Positions 1 to 13,836 are shown, counted from the stretch's first letter. The stretch: DNA of 64,000 nucleotides from Antedon mediterranea (GCF_964355755.1 NC_092670.1:12448795-12512794); one strand, 5' to 3'. The notes: generated by a model not told the origin, from the sequence alone. Translations and numbers: made by a program.

Positions 1-653
1 TTTAGATGATATTGCTTAGAACGGAATATAATATAACTGTTTTCTTAGGGAAAAAATATAATAAACTGCCAATTTTAAATGATCATTTTTTTTTACCGGA
101 TATGCCAAATGTCTTCTTTTAAAAAAAATATGATCACAAAGTGTCCCCGGTGCGTATATTTGAGGGGTGGGTTGGCGTTTATTCAAAATGATGTTCTATG
201 GGAGAGGCGTTTATTAACCCCATTGGTCATCCGCATTTGACAAAGCCTTACTCTAATATATCTCTACACTAATTATTCACATTTTATACTAATATCAATT
301 AGTTACTATCTATTATGTTAATTAACTCGGGAATAATCTATCACTTGTGATTGGTAAAAACCCTCCCTTGCTTTTCGTCCTAATGGGAACCAATCTGTAA
401 AGGTTTGCTTTAAAAAATGTAACATTTTACAAACACGTATCTATATATTTTATTGATCTTGTTGAGCTCATAATATATCTTTAAACTAATCATTCACATT
501 TTATACTAATATCAATTAGTTACTATCTATTATGTTAATTAACTCGGGCTATCAACGTTGGCAAGAAATCCGGCTTTATTCCCTGTATATCAGTTGACAA
601 TTGCATATTGTGTATTTTTCATTTTAACTATATCATAACGTACTTTTTTTCAG

Positions 654-1573
654 ATGGCATAGTTTACTATTCGACTGAAGTAACATACGATGACGCTTCA
701 GCTATATGTGAAGATAAGCTAGGTTCACTGGCAACATACGAGCAACTCTATAACGCATTCGCCGATGGTGCACAGTGTGCTAAAGGATGGCTTATCAGCA
801 GAGAGATTGCCTTTACAGAAATCTCCTACGCGTGCACAATGAAACCACCGGTTGAAAGAAGCAATGTGTTTGTTTGTGGACAGTATCGTTTCGGGTTTTA
901 TTGTTTTAGAGAAAGAAACATAGTTTCGAGTACACCTACCGCCGATTACATTCCAAAATCTCAACGGATAATTAGAATAAGTGAGTCATTGACGACTAAG
1001 CTGTATCCTGAAGAGGCAGATCAATGTTGTACAGATGATTATTCTGGTAGAATGTCTACATCATTCGAGGCCTACAATGCCACTTACTCAATGAATGTTG
1101 ATTTTTGTGCTCAAGGTTGGTATGCTGGTGGTCTTGATGGAGATGTATGCAATACAGATAATCAACCATCGAAATACTGGGATCCTGAAACGTTATGGTT
1201 GATCTTTTTAACTGAACCATCTTTCAAACAGTTCAGCTTTTGTTATATTCCTTTACATGGAGATGGTCTCATTTCTCTCCCTGATCCATACCCGCCTCAT
1301 CGTGTCATAGTCGCGTCTGGGACGACGGGTGCATGGAGTTACACTTACGTGGAAGCTATAGCCAGGTGCGCGGTCTATGGCGGTACACTTGCAACGCGCG
1401 CTGAAGTTCAGAATGCATATAATATGGGTTTAGAGTGTATACGTGCAGGTTGGATTAAAGAAGGGTACACTGTGTATGTGTTACAAACACCAAGATCTTG
1501 GCAACCAAGTACCGGAATCATCAATCCGAATGACCCGCGTACTGAATCATCTGCTTATTGTTACATACCATAA
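654..1573 (+). CDS. PAN-Link array copy 1, terminal exon with three Link-like modules (upstream exons lie before the window)
   Basis: Acceptor ttttttcag|AT at 653/654; open to TAA 1573. Link motifs such as YTYVEAIARCAVYGGTLATRAEVQNAYNMGLECIRAGW...SAYCY. The ORF-track N-terminus (608-653) is intronic. Confidence 0.85.
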
Positions 1574-3730
1574 AGCATATAATTCATTTTATAGTATCAT
1601 TTTGCTCTTCAAAATGTCAATATCCATGGCGGTACACTGCAGTCATAATTGTACCACTCAACATGACATTTTGGTTCACGGTGCAAGATGACCGCTAACA
1701 ATATACAAACAAACAGCCCTAGGCCTAGCCTGGCTCTCCTCTCCCTACAAACATTGCTGTATACAAAATGTGAAGCAACTTTTTTCTTTTCTTTTTTTCT
1801 ATTTTTTTTCATTTCTTTGTTTCATATTTTAATTTTTTTTTTTCACATTTCTTACAACATTAAATTTCCCATTTTATCTTTTCTTTCCATTTTCGTTTTC
1901 TTTCTTTTATTATTATTATTTTTCTCTTTCCCTTTTTTAGCCTACTTTTTTCTCTTTGATTTTTTTTCTACCATTTTGTTGTGTCTGTTAAGTGTTGGCA
2001 ACGAATGGGTGATTGGCATCATTTTTCAATCTCCCTCTAACCTTCAGCACGCATTTATCTAAGACCGAGTTCAATTGCACAAGCCATTCGTTTTCTATTC
2101 TCGTATCTCTTCAACTGATGATACAAAATGAACGAAAATATTATTCAAATAATATCGATGTTTTGCTATTTATATTCAATAGTATTCGCTTTAAAAAAAT
2201 GTATTAATAGATAATTGTGTAAAGACATGAATGTAAGTATAAAATATATATGTAACTATGTTAATAAGAAAAAAATGTTAATGGAAATATGTTACATAGA
2301 TTGTATGTATAAAAAGAGTAAAGCAGTACAGTACTAGTATAAATTACGTAGAAAAAGATAAAAACAAAAAAACAATGGAAAATGTGATATGTAACGAAAT
2401 GAATACAACTTTAAAAAAGCTTGTATAAGCAGATGATACAACAAACATTTTTAATAGAATATATGCATAGTGTACTGAAATGAAAATGAGGAACTTATGT
2501 ATGGAAATAAAAGATGCACATGTAGATTTAAACAAACCACACTGACTTCTTTATTCTGGTATGAAGTTATAGAATGTTTTATTCAATATGGTAATGTTAG
2601 AGGTTGATAGTAATTTGTAAATAAACACTGTTTAATTTTCCTTCGCTCGCGTACCATCTAGGTCGTGTTCACAGATGGTTCTCGAATACACAGTAATTTC
2701 AGCGTAAAAAAACTGGCGATTTCAAATTTACGTACCGCAGGACTATAAATACATTGTCGTTTTCAGAAACAAATATATAGACACGATGATTAATGTAGTC
2801 AACTAAAATTAGCACACTGGGAATTTTTCCTACTTCCGAAGGCGAAACTTGTCTTAAAATGAGTCCAAAAAACTAAAACTGTGCCTGTTAGTCGATTAAA
2901 ATAGTAAAGTACATGTAACGATACACCACTACGACGTTTATATTTTTTATAATTACTATAAATTAATACAATAAACAGTAACCACATTCACAGTAAGAAA
3001 ATTTCGATTCAAATGGCGACCAAAAATGGTTTGTACAGTATTTACAATATTGTCAAAGTATTGCAATGCTATATCTCAGTTTTAAGTTTATTCTCAAAGG
3101 GCCCATAAATGTACATACTTGTGTATGTATTAATTTTTTTTATTTCATTTACATTATACTGTTTTATTTATTTGTACTGTATTTGGAAAGCAATAAATAT
3201 TACTTACTTACTAAACTGGGAGTCTGTGAGATTGGAATGTTCCATTCATCGCAAATCAATACATTTGTATAAACGTATATTAAATCTATCAAAATAGTAT
3301 TTTTTAAGAAAATTGGCCTGTCTTCAACATTATGATACTGTACTCGAGCTGTTCAACCGGTTTTCAGCTATTAAAAACAATTATCTTAGGAGGAGATAGG
3401 AAAATGCGAAGCAACCTCGTATTATTGTGTGCAGGTATTTTTTAAGAGGACATCCATTAGACAGTGTATACTACGGTCGAAAAACACCCCTATTTGGGGC
3501 AAATCGTTCAACCTAAGTTCGTTTTAATTGTCAATAACTAATTATCTAACTCAATTTAATTAGTAAACAGGGTTACATCTGGTGGTTTAAATCAGTACCA
3601 AGATTCTAACCAACTGTATATACCATCGAGTAAACATTCTAGAAATAACGCGCGATTTAACGAATTTTGCCCTTACGTAAATTTATATATAGATAATGTT
3701 TATATAGCGCAAAATACAGAGCGCCTCTAA

Positions 3731-3909
3731 AGCGTGGTTTTCACTAGCGACGCAACACAATGACGTAACGCAACGCAAGGAAATTGACCAATCACAAGCG
3801 ATGGCTTATTCGCTTGTGATTGCTAACTGTCTATAACTTCGCTTGTCATTGGTTAAAACGCTTGCGTTGCGTTTACGTCCTTGCGTTACGTTCTAGTGGG
3901 AACCAAGCT
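3731..3909. mobile_element. 179-bp MITE, PIF/Harbinger-like
   Basis: Inverted ends AGCGTGGTTTTCACTAG...CTAGTGGGAACCAAGCT flanked by TAA; empty site (cctctaagc) seen in the paralogous flanks near 27223 and 34189. Confidence 0.8.
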
Positions 3910-3919
3910 TAAGCAAAAA

Positions 3920-4235
3920 TTGAAAAGGTGTTATTTGGGGAGTTGTTTAAATGTGGAAAGGGCGCATTTTCCACACAATTTTGTGGCCGTGTAGGTATAG
4001 GCCTGATCAAAACCTCTGATGATGACAGTGTCCGTTTTGGCTTGTATGGAGAAATGATGTTGGATAGAAATGTTGCAGCCATGTTATGAAGTGATTTAAA
4101 TGAGATGAGTAGAATCTTGTACATTACTCTCTTCTCAACTGGCAACCAGAGTGTAGCTGTTCCTATATTGGTGACATATTGGGATGCGAAGAACAATACG
4201 AGCAGCAATGTTCTGAATACGCTGGACCTTAGCGC
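3920..4235 (-). mobile_element. Degenerate L2/CR1-group LINE, 3' fragment
   Basis: WLPVEKRVMYKILLISFKSLHNMA motif typical of the L2 ORF2 C-terminus; paralog at about 34990-35320. Confidence 0.7.
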
Positions 4236-5575
4236 TTAACATTAAACCTTCTAATTATCGTATATCTAACATTCTTATCGTAAAAAAACCATATAATTCA
4301 CGACTGTCTACTAACTCACTTCCCTTTCACAACAACAGATGATGATATTCTTCACATTTTTAATCCTTTTCAAGATAAAAAAAAACCTACACCGATGATC
4401 CTTCTTCAAATTATCTTCTCTCCGTTTAATATTAATCTAAATGATATCGATACGGATTTTACATTGCGGAGTGTAACAATACCCTTATCTTCCTATAAAT
4501 ATACTCTTTATTATACAATGCATTAAGTACTTCCCTACATTTATACTGTAATATTGCATGGTCCGGTTCACTGAACAAGTTCGGAAACTTATGCCCATGG
4601 ACAAGCTTCGAAACCCCCAAAAAGAGTCATTCGAATCAGTTCAGTGGGCTGAACTCTCATTTTTATAACATGAATATCCTAAATATTTGTGTCATCAATA
4701 AATTACAAACTGGTATCTTTAGGTTTCGATTATCACAAAACTCTCTTCCAACCCTGGAACCCATATCACTTTCCTCTTTACCAAACCATTCACTCCACAA
4801 TCACTGCCTAGCGTCGTCGTGCCTGGCAACCATTGTAAATCGGTCAATCACTGTCTAGCGTCGTCGTGCTTGGCAACCATTGTTTAAATTGTACTCATAC
4901 CTAGTTAAGCATATTGTGTTTGTGCACTTAGTGAATACTATGGCTAACAAACATAATAAAATGAAGCAAACGAAAAAGAAAAAGTTTATGCCATTGCTGA
5001 ACAGGCATATATTCTCCTTCCTACCCTTCTATTATCCTGATGATGTTTTACCCCAAAGTAAACAACTATAATTTTGTTTTAAACTGACATACCAAGTACT
5101 ACACTAAATGATTTAATCACTTTATTGTTGGTTCAATGAGGTTTGCTGGTTTTTTTAGGTTTGCGGGGTTTTGCGAGGTTGGCCCAATTTGATTGGTGTT
5201 CTTTGGACACGTGGTTAGTATATCAAATGAACAATTTATACTGTCATTCAGATGAAAAATAGCATTATACAGTATAGTTCAATAGATCAAAACCATTAGG
5301 TTTGATGGAGACAAACAAATATATCATATACCTGGAATTTTTATTACAGGTCTTCAAAAGTAGCTTAATAAACTACTCTATTTAAAATTATAGCTAATTG
5401 TTGTAATATAACTTTTGTTCATAACAATTATAGCATAGTAAAAATAACTGTTAAGTGGTCTTACTTTATGTTTTTTTTATTATGTTATTGTTCGCAATAT
5501 TAACCAAATATTGGTAGCCTGGAGAAGATCCATTATTGACGAACTCGAAAACTTATAAAACTATAACAACTACAT

Positions 5576-6222
5576 TCTCCAAAAATGTCATCTGGTTTCA
5601 ATGGATATTAAATAAATACAGATTAACTTTTAGTTAAACCAGTTGACAAGTACTTACTTGCTACGTTTCAGCTACTTTCAGTAGCCTTGTTCACGCAAAT
5701 GACGTTGACATGATGTTCTGGCATTAAAAACAAGAATAATCGAACACAAAACAGACGTGGAAAAAAATACGGTAGGGACAAGAACCAGGAGCGCTCGCCA
5801 TTCACAATCTAAAATTATACACAAATCAGCTATCACAGATCACGCCACCATAGGAAATAACATACCGGATTTTGAAAATAAAAAAATATTAGACAAAGAT
5901 CAACACTACTTATCAAGAAAAATAAAAGAAGCCATTTGGATAAGAAAAACGAATATGAACATCAACAGAGACCAGGGAGGACATGAACTGAGCCACATCT
6001 ACGATGACTTAATAAAAAGGGACACCCGAGCATCCAAAGGGGGACACCAGCAGGAAGCTGAACATCAGACGAGAGGTGGCGCAATTCACCGAACTATGAC
6101 GAATGACAGAACATCATGTCAACGTCATTTGCGTGAACAAGGCTACTGAAAGTAGCTGAAACGTAGCAAGTAAGTACTTGTCAACTGGTTTAACTAAAAG
6201 TTAATCTGTATTTATTTAATTT
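5576..6222 (+). mobile_element. Penelope-like retroelement fragment (GIY-YIG C-terminus) with inverted terminal copy
   Basis: ORF 5757-6149 SAITDHA...KILDKD...RKIKEAIWIRK...NRDQG; ~110-bp inverted repeat at about 5608-5720 and 6107-6219; 14-bp direct repeat TATAACAACTACAT at 5562-5575 and 6223-6236; absent from the paralogous flank near 36247. Confidence 0.8.
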
Positions 6223-6479
6223 TATAACAACTACATATTATTGTTCTATTATTATGTAATTATTCCGTAAAGAATCCTCACAAAATATGAATACATTTAT
6301 ATAAATATCACTATTAAATTGATTGGTTTACACGAGTTATTTTCACTAATGGTTGGTATTGGAGGGAATATTCTACCTGTCGTTAGATGAACAATAGCCT
6401 AATAGTTTATAAATGTAATACAAAATAGTTCGAAACTCATACGAGGCTAACTTTGATGCAGACTTCCCAAAACGTCACA

Positions 6480-6767
6480 ATGCACAGGCTAATTACTATA
6501 TTGGTTGTCTTTTTTCTGCCGTTTTTTGTCAGTACAATCGGTACATTCTATACTATTGTTTCTGGTCAGACTCTAGAAGGCTGGAGTTATGAATTAAAAG
6601 ATATCAGTCGTGTAAGTTGTTTGCAAGTCTGTTCGAAGAAAACTTATTGCTGGTCGGTTAACTATAGCCCGAAAGATCGTGTTTGTCAAATCAGTAACCG
6701 TATACTGCAGGATGCGTCAGCTACTATCAAGATAGTTCAAACGCGTGCATTTCTTTACATCGAAAAA
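6480..6767 (+). CDS. PAN-Link array copy 2, exon 1 (signal peptide + PAN/apple domain)
   Basis: ATG 6480, hydrophobic MHRLITILVVFFLPFFVSTIG, PAN pattern SRVSCLQVCSKKTYCWSVNYSPKDRVCQIS, phase-0 donor AAA|GTGAGT at 6767/6768. Confidence 0.85.
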
Positions 6768-7060
6768 GTGAGTAAAAACGTTAAATTATCTTCTATAACT
6801 ATAATACCTTTTTTTTAAAGCTGATGTGCCATATCTGGTGATTTTGCATATTAATTTGTGATAGCTCAAAAATAAAGTGAAAAAACACACTCGAAAACGT
6901 ATATATATATAGTTATCTCGTACAGAAATGGATTTCAGACTACTGTATATTTGGTAAAATGTACAAAAATAAAAAAAATGTCTAAAAGAAATTCTGCTAT
7001 GAAAACCAGATTTGTCTTCAATAGTTCAATTAAAGTTCTGTAAAAAACTTTTTATTACAG

Positions 7061-7085
7061 GTCTTAGACCCCGACTTCAAAAGAC
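7061..7085 (+). CDS. Copy 2 micro-exon (25 nt, VLDPDFKR + C)
   Basis: ttattacag|GTCTTAGACCCCGACTTCAAAAGAC|gtgagt; its length joins the phase-0 exon 1 to the phase-1 exon 3 in frame. Confidence 0.8.
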
Positions 7086-7989
7086 GTGAGTATTCAATAA
7101 TAACTCTTCAAAATAATTGTTGGGTTAACACAGTTAACAACGCAGTTGGGTAATTTTTGTTATTATTGTTGATAAATAAAGGCAATATAAATTGTATAGT
7201 TTCCATTAATTAAAGTGCTCTTACTTTTTTTTATTACTCGATATGTATTATTAACACAATTTTTTTAGTCCTATCGATTTTTCACCATTACCAATTTGTT
7301 GTTTTTGTTCTCAATGCAACCAATATATCATTCGATACTTAACGTCTAGTTACTTAAATTTGTGCTTTCAAGTTCATGTTACAATCACAATAACACATTT
7401 AATTGATCTTGTTGATCTCATCATTCATTGTTTAATTGTATTTATTTTGTTTACTTTAATAATGATAACTATAATAATAACTTTTTTTAGACGTACTTAT
7501 TATTTTGCTTTTAGTCTAAAAACGAATCTTCTCACAGCCTGTTTTCCACTTTATAGACGATTTTTTGCGCGAATCATCGAAACTAAAGCCTGTTTTCCTG
7601 TCGACGTTAGTCGACGCTATCATCGTTAATCGTTAAAAGTTCAACGACGATCGTTTGAAAACGATCAAGTTGAAATGTTAACGATAGCGCGAACATTTGA
7701 TTTCTAGCGTTGAACGTTAGAGTTGAAACTCCGGTCTTCTTTCTCGACGTCGTCGTAACGCGCAAAAATAAATAGAGGACTCTCCTGCCTCTAGCAGTAG
7801 GCTCACAGTGTAGGACACGTGGGGCCTAGGCATACTAATATCTCTATACTGATGGTTCTTCGTTTTCAGTAGGCCTATCCTAGTCCAAATAGCATTTTGG
7901 ACTAGGCTGAAGACTTTGACCTACCTAATATCCCTGCGCCTACTTTCCAGAACATCATTTTATAGTAACTTTCCCAGCGGGCATACCGA

Positions 7990-10900
7990 CGTTGGATCAA
8001 CGTTGAAATTAGGTCGCAACGTCTGACAACCCGACATCAACGTCGGACCAACGTCGATCTACCCCCGTTGATACAACGTGATTAGTTCAACGTTGATATA
8101 ACGTTGAATTCCGGTTGAAGCCTGACAATTCATGGTCGATATACCTTCGTCGGTACAACATCAGTATTCGACGTTGTATCAACGTTGAAATCCAGTTGAT
8201 GTCTGACAATTCAAGGTCGATCTACCTTCGTCGATACAACGTCAATCTTTTACGTCGATACAACGTTATAGCCTAATTGGGTTGAAACCTGACCATTTAA
8301 AGTCAATCTACCATCGTCGATACAACGTCAATACTACAACGTTGATACAACGTTGAAATAAGGTTGATATCTGAAAATTTAAAGTCGATCTACCATCGTC
8401 GATACAACGTCACTATTTAACGTTAATACAACGTTGAAATATGGTTGAAGTCTGACAATTTAGGTCGATCTACCTTTGTTGATTCAACGTCACTATATGA
8501 CGTAGTATCAACGTTGAAATCAGGTTGAAGCCTGACTATTCATGGTCGATATACCTTCGTCGGTACAACGTCAGTATTCAACGTTGTATCAACGTTGAAA
8601 TTAAGTTGATCTCTGACAATTCAAGGTCGATCTACCTTCGTCGATACAACGTCACTCTTTAACGTCGATACAACGTTATAATCGTGTTGAAATCCGACCA
8701 TTTAAAGGGGGGTTCCGGGTTTAAAATGAATAGTAAAAAATGTAAAATATATTTGTTTGTCTCTTGAACGGTAAAAGTTTCAATTTATATAAGCGCCCAG
8801 TGAAGCAGAACGAAGGCTGTGAAATCAGGCCAGATAACAAGTGCAGCTACGGCAAAATCACACTGTGGTTACAAAATAGGAAATTCGTGAAATGTTCCAT
8901 CTTCCGACGACTCGTTATCATAAACCATATCAATTACTTTTGTAAAATTATACTTATCTGATGTAATTTTAGTCGGTCTTCCCATTTATAAAGTCAATTT
9001 TTTATGAAAATTCATCAAAACAGTGACAAATTAGATATGTTTGCACTTTATTTTTGCCGATTTTCGCACCGACTTAGGGAAAAATCAAAATCAATGAAGC
9101 GTAACGTATACTGTACATTCCTGCTGAGGATCGAGCGAGACGACGATACACGTGCTCTCTCTGCTGCCCATGCCTGGCATCGTCACGTGATAAGCAGATA
9201 CAACAATACCAAACTGGTCGGGTCGACGAGTATACCCCGTCTATAATCACAACATGAACGATGTACAGTATTTGATTGAAGGTCGACTCGACCTACCGGA
9301 ATGGTATAGATAATATAGCTCGAATGAGAGAGTTGGAATATTTGTGTAGTGCAGCCTATAGTCTAGTAAAAGGCCTGGTAGTATCAATTCGCATAGGGTC
9401 TACTACACTAGCTAGCTCAATTTTTAACTGGGCCGGATCGGCTAGGTCTCCTTTCTACTACCTGGTCTACTTGCTTGATGCATGAGTATCCGCTTTTTTG
9501 GAGAGTAAACTAAACCTATTTATTTTAGGCCTACTTAGACGATCGGGACACCATACGTGTGGACGGCGATCGGACCTTGTTTTGCTTCAATATTTACAGC
9601 CGATTTTGTAGAATGTTTTAGGTTTAGATTGTTTAGGAGTTTGGTTGATAGGATGGGTTTTGTTATTTATGGGCTAATCGTCTAGTAGTAGGCTAGCTAG
9701 GCCCATGGGCCCCATTGTTTTAACGTAGCCATCGTGGCATGGAATCCCTAGTCAGAATGGCTCTCGCCCATATTATTATTAGGCTAGGCCTAGTTAGAGT
9801 AGTATTGTACGTGAAGCCGATAATACGATCTGTACTATAGAGAGAGGTATAAAAATAGTATAATTTATGACTCCGTATCTGTACTAAATTTTGTATTTCA
9901 TTAAATGTCAAATAAATATATGCTACTACTGTTATTATTACACTTTAGGCCTAGCTTAGAAAATCTACAAAAAATGTATTTCACAATGATCACAATGGTG
10001 GTCGTCGTTTGACAGGGGAGAGAGATGTAAATTAGTTGACAAACACAACGTACATGACGTCACGAGTTTGGAATCCACTGGTGACGTGATTTTGTGAATA
10101 TCTCATGAATATTAATGAGCTTCCCTCTAAGCTGCTAAAAAACAGACTTTCCATGAATTTACCCTAAAATGTATATGAAATTTAATTTTTTTAATTTCTC
10201 GTTATTACTTCTTCATTCTGAAATGTCTATATTGTTATAATATTTTTTATTTAATAAATAAACGATATTTAAAAGCAATTTTAAACCCAGAATCCCCCTT
10301 TAAAGTCGATCTACCATCGTCGATACAACGTCACTACTACAACGTTGATACAACGTTGAAATAAGGTTAAAATCTTAAATATTAAAGTCGATCTACAATC
10401 GTCGATACAACGTCACTATTTAACGTTAATACAACGTTGAAATATGGTTGAAGTCTGACAATTTTAAGGTCGATCTACCTTTGTTGATTCAACGTCACTA
10501 TATAACGTAGTATCAACGTTGAAATCAGGTTGAAGCTTGACCATCTGAAGTCGATCTACCATCGTCAATACTACGTCGCTATTTAACGTTGACACAACGT
10601 TGAAATCAGGTTGAAGCCTGACCATCTAAGGTCGATCTATCATCGTCGATACAACGTCACTACTACAACGTTGATACAACGTTGAAATATGGTTAAAATC
10701 TGAAATATTAAAGTCGATCTACCATCGTCGATTCAACGTCACTATTTAACGTTAATACAACGTTGAAATATGGTTGAAGTCCGACAATTTAAGGTCGATC
10801 TACCTTTGTTGATTCAACGTCACTATGTAACGTAGTATCAACGTTGAAATCAGGTTGAAGCCTGACCATCTGAAGTCGATCTACCATCGTCGATACTACG

Positions 10901-12715
10901 TCACTATTTAACGTTGATACAACGTTGAAATCAGGTTGAAGCCTGACCATCTAAGGTCGATCTATCATCGTCGATACAACGTCACTACTACAACGTTGAT
11001 ACAACGTTGAAATAAGGTTGAAGCCTAACCATCTAAGGTCGATCTATCATCGTCGATACAACGTCACTACTACAACGTTGATACAACGTTGAAATAAGGT
11101 TAAAATCTGAAATATTAAAGTCGATCTACCATCGTCGATTCAACGTCACTATTTAACGTTAATACAACGTTGAAATATGGTTGAAGTCCGACAATTTAAG
11201 GTCGATCTACCTTTGTTGATTCAACGTCACTATGTAACGTAGTATCAACGTTGAAATCAGGTTGAAGCCTGACCATCTGAAGTCGATCTACCATCGTCTA
11301 TACTACGTCACTATTCAACGTTGATACAACGTTGAAATCAGGTTGAAGCCTGACCATCTAAGGTCGATCTGTCATCGTCGATACAACGTCACTATATTAA
11401 CGTTGGTACAACGTTGAAATCAGGTTGAAGCCTGACCATTTAAAGTCGATCTATCTTCGTCGATACAACGTCACTATATTAACGTTGATACAACGTTGAA
11501 ATCGGGTTGAAGCCAGACAATTTAAGGTCAATCTACCATCCTCGAAACAACGTCACTATATTAACGTTGATACAACGTTGAAATCAGGTTGAAGCCTGAC
11601 AATTTAAGGTAAATCTACCATCGTCGAAACAACGTTACTATATTAATGTCGAAACAGCGTTGAAATCAGGTTGAAGTCAGACAATTTAAAGTCAGTCTGC
11701 CACCGTTGAAACAACGTCACAAAGTTAACCTTGATCCAACGTTGAAATCCAGTTGAAGTCTGACAATTTAAGGTCGATCAATCATCGTCGATACAACGTT
11801 CCTATATTAACGTTGATACAACGTTAAAATCCGGTTGAAATCTGACCTTTTAATGTCAATCTACCATCGTCGATACAACGTCACTATTTAACGTTGATAC
11901 GACGTTGAAATCAGGTCAAAAGTTTGAAAATTTAGTGTCGGTCTGCCACTGTTGATACAACGTCACTATTTAACGTTGATACAACGTTGAAATCGGGATG
12001 AATACTGACAATTTCAGGTCGATCTACCATCGTCGAAACAACGTCACCATATAACGTTGATACAACGTTGAAAGTCTGACAATTTAGTATCGATCTACCA
12101 TCATCGAAACAACGTCACTATATTAACGTTGATACAACATTGAAATCAGGTTGAAGCATGACCATTTAAGAACGATCTACCATCGTCGATACAACGTCAC
12201 GATATTAACGTTGATGCAACGTTGGAATCAGGTTAAAGTCTGACCATTTAATGTCGATCTATCATCTTCGAAACAACGTCACTATTTAACGTTGATACGA
12301 CGTTGAAACCAGGTTGAAGTTTGACAATTTAAGGTCGATTTACCATCGTCGATACAACGTCACGATATTAACGTTGATGCAACGTTGGGATCAGGTTGAA
12401 GTCTGACTATTTTAAATATCGATCTACCATCGTCGAAACAACGTCGCTATTTAACGTTGATACAACGTTGAAATCAGGTTGAAGTTTGATAATTTAAGGT
12501 CGTCTGCCATCGTCGAAACAACGTCACAATATTGACGTTGATATACCGTTGGAATTAGGTTGAAATCTGATAAGTTCTGGTCGATCTACTATCGTCGATA
12601 TACGTCACTATATTAACGTTGATACAAGGTTGGAATTAGTTTGAAGTCTGACAATATTAAAGGCCGGTCTTCCCGTCGTTGATACAACGTCACTATTTAA
12701 CGTTGATACAACGAC
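7990..12715. repeat. ~60-61-bp ACGT/AACGTT-rich tandem array (left subterminal region), interrupted at 8706-10299
   Basis: Unit like aaggtcgatctaccatcgtcgatacaacgtcactatttaacgttgatacaacgttgaaatcaggttgaagcctgaccattt repeated head to tail; the unit length is approximate, read by eye. Confidence 0.85.
8706..10299. mobile_element. 1.6-kb non-autonomous Kolobok-like element
   Basis: Ends AGGGGGGTTCCGGGTTTAAAAT...ATTTTAAACCCAGAATCCCCCT, TTAA duplicated at 8702-8705 and 10300-10303, splitting one tandem-repeat unit. Confidence 0.75.
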
Positions 12716-13794
12716 AGAATCCGTGGTCCATTTTGCGTTATAATTTGCGAATGCTTTCATTCGCCTCTTTACCGGATTCCGGTCTCATTAAAAAACTTAA
12801 AGGTCGATAAAACTCCAAATTAGGCCTAGGCTAGGCCTATTCATTATTACATGCAATGAACGTATTAATAATTACACAGTAGTTCATTACATTACGTACA
12901 AACATGATTCAAGGTGATTAATTTTCCCCAATCACGTAGTAGAAGCATGCCGTACGCGCGCACACGCGTGAAATGTTACATACATTTTCTCGCCGTTCAA
13001 ACGCTGCACAGCTTCGGATATGAGAGCAGTAAATGTAGGCCTACGTCGACGATACCTTGATTATTTACAGCGTTTATTTGTGCAAACTGTACGGTAAGTA
13101 TTTAAATTGTGCAGGAGATATGTTGATTATATTTTGTAGGCAGGCTAGGCTGTCATCTACCCTAGGCTATCCTAGATTTAAAGCCTAAATTAAAATAATA
13201 AAATGTTTACAATTGTCTAACCTAAAAAGCGTACGTCATCGGCAAGCGCCTACGAACCAATTAAATATCAAATTACTATTTTGGCTAGCCTATGACTCGG
13301 GGTATGTAGGCCTATGCCAGACTAGGCCTAGGCTAGGAAGGCACCTACTAACTATAGTAATAGTACTACTTTATAGTTAGGCTAGGCCTATAGTATAGCC
13401 TACACATTTTGACAGTTTTTACAATTTATTTTTCAGCAAAGGTGCCTTCAGGGCCGGCCAGGAAGGTGAAGGAGTCGAACATTCATGAAATGAAAGACAA
13501 AAAAACAACAGAAGAAGAGAAACAAGTGGTGTCAACTGTTTACAGAATCTACAGCTGCTGCTATCAAGATTTTGCGCCTTAATCAAAAATACATTGAAGC
13601 CTGAACTGAAGGGAAATCTGTAAATTTAAAATTTAACCTATATTTTTAAAAAAATCAAAAAAATATCTCCTAGGCTAAGCCTAGCCTAGGTAGGCCCTAA
13701 GCCTATTATAGGAGGCCTATTGATTGTTTGTTTGTTGCCTATTATTATTATTTAATAATTTTATAATAATTAGTTGGATAGGCCTAATAAATAT

Positions 13795-13836
<42 letters not shown>

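Noticed and set aside
608-653. ORF-track N-termini of the 321-323-aa Link ORFs as single-exon genes
   Set aside because: They start at TTG/GTG in intron sequence and differ between copies; similarity begins at the shared splice acceptor.
725-964. Recurrent minus-strand ORF MRFWNVIGG (also 20205, 32371, 39051, 48666)
   Set aside because: Antisense shadow of the conserved Link exon; it recurs only because the exon is duplicated.
1688-2062. Phe-rich membrane-like ORFs (also 26131, 33340-33860, 53174)
   Set aside because: Translations of T-rich low-complexity 3' flank; frames are not conserved between copies.
7990-12715. Regular palindromic repeats resembling a CRISPR array
   Set aside because: No unique spacers and no cas genes; the units lie inside the ends of a eukaryotic DNA transposon.
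12950-13620. Splice-like signals (cggtaagta, ttttcag) inside the EnSpm-like element
   Set aside because: No coherent reading frame could be assembled.
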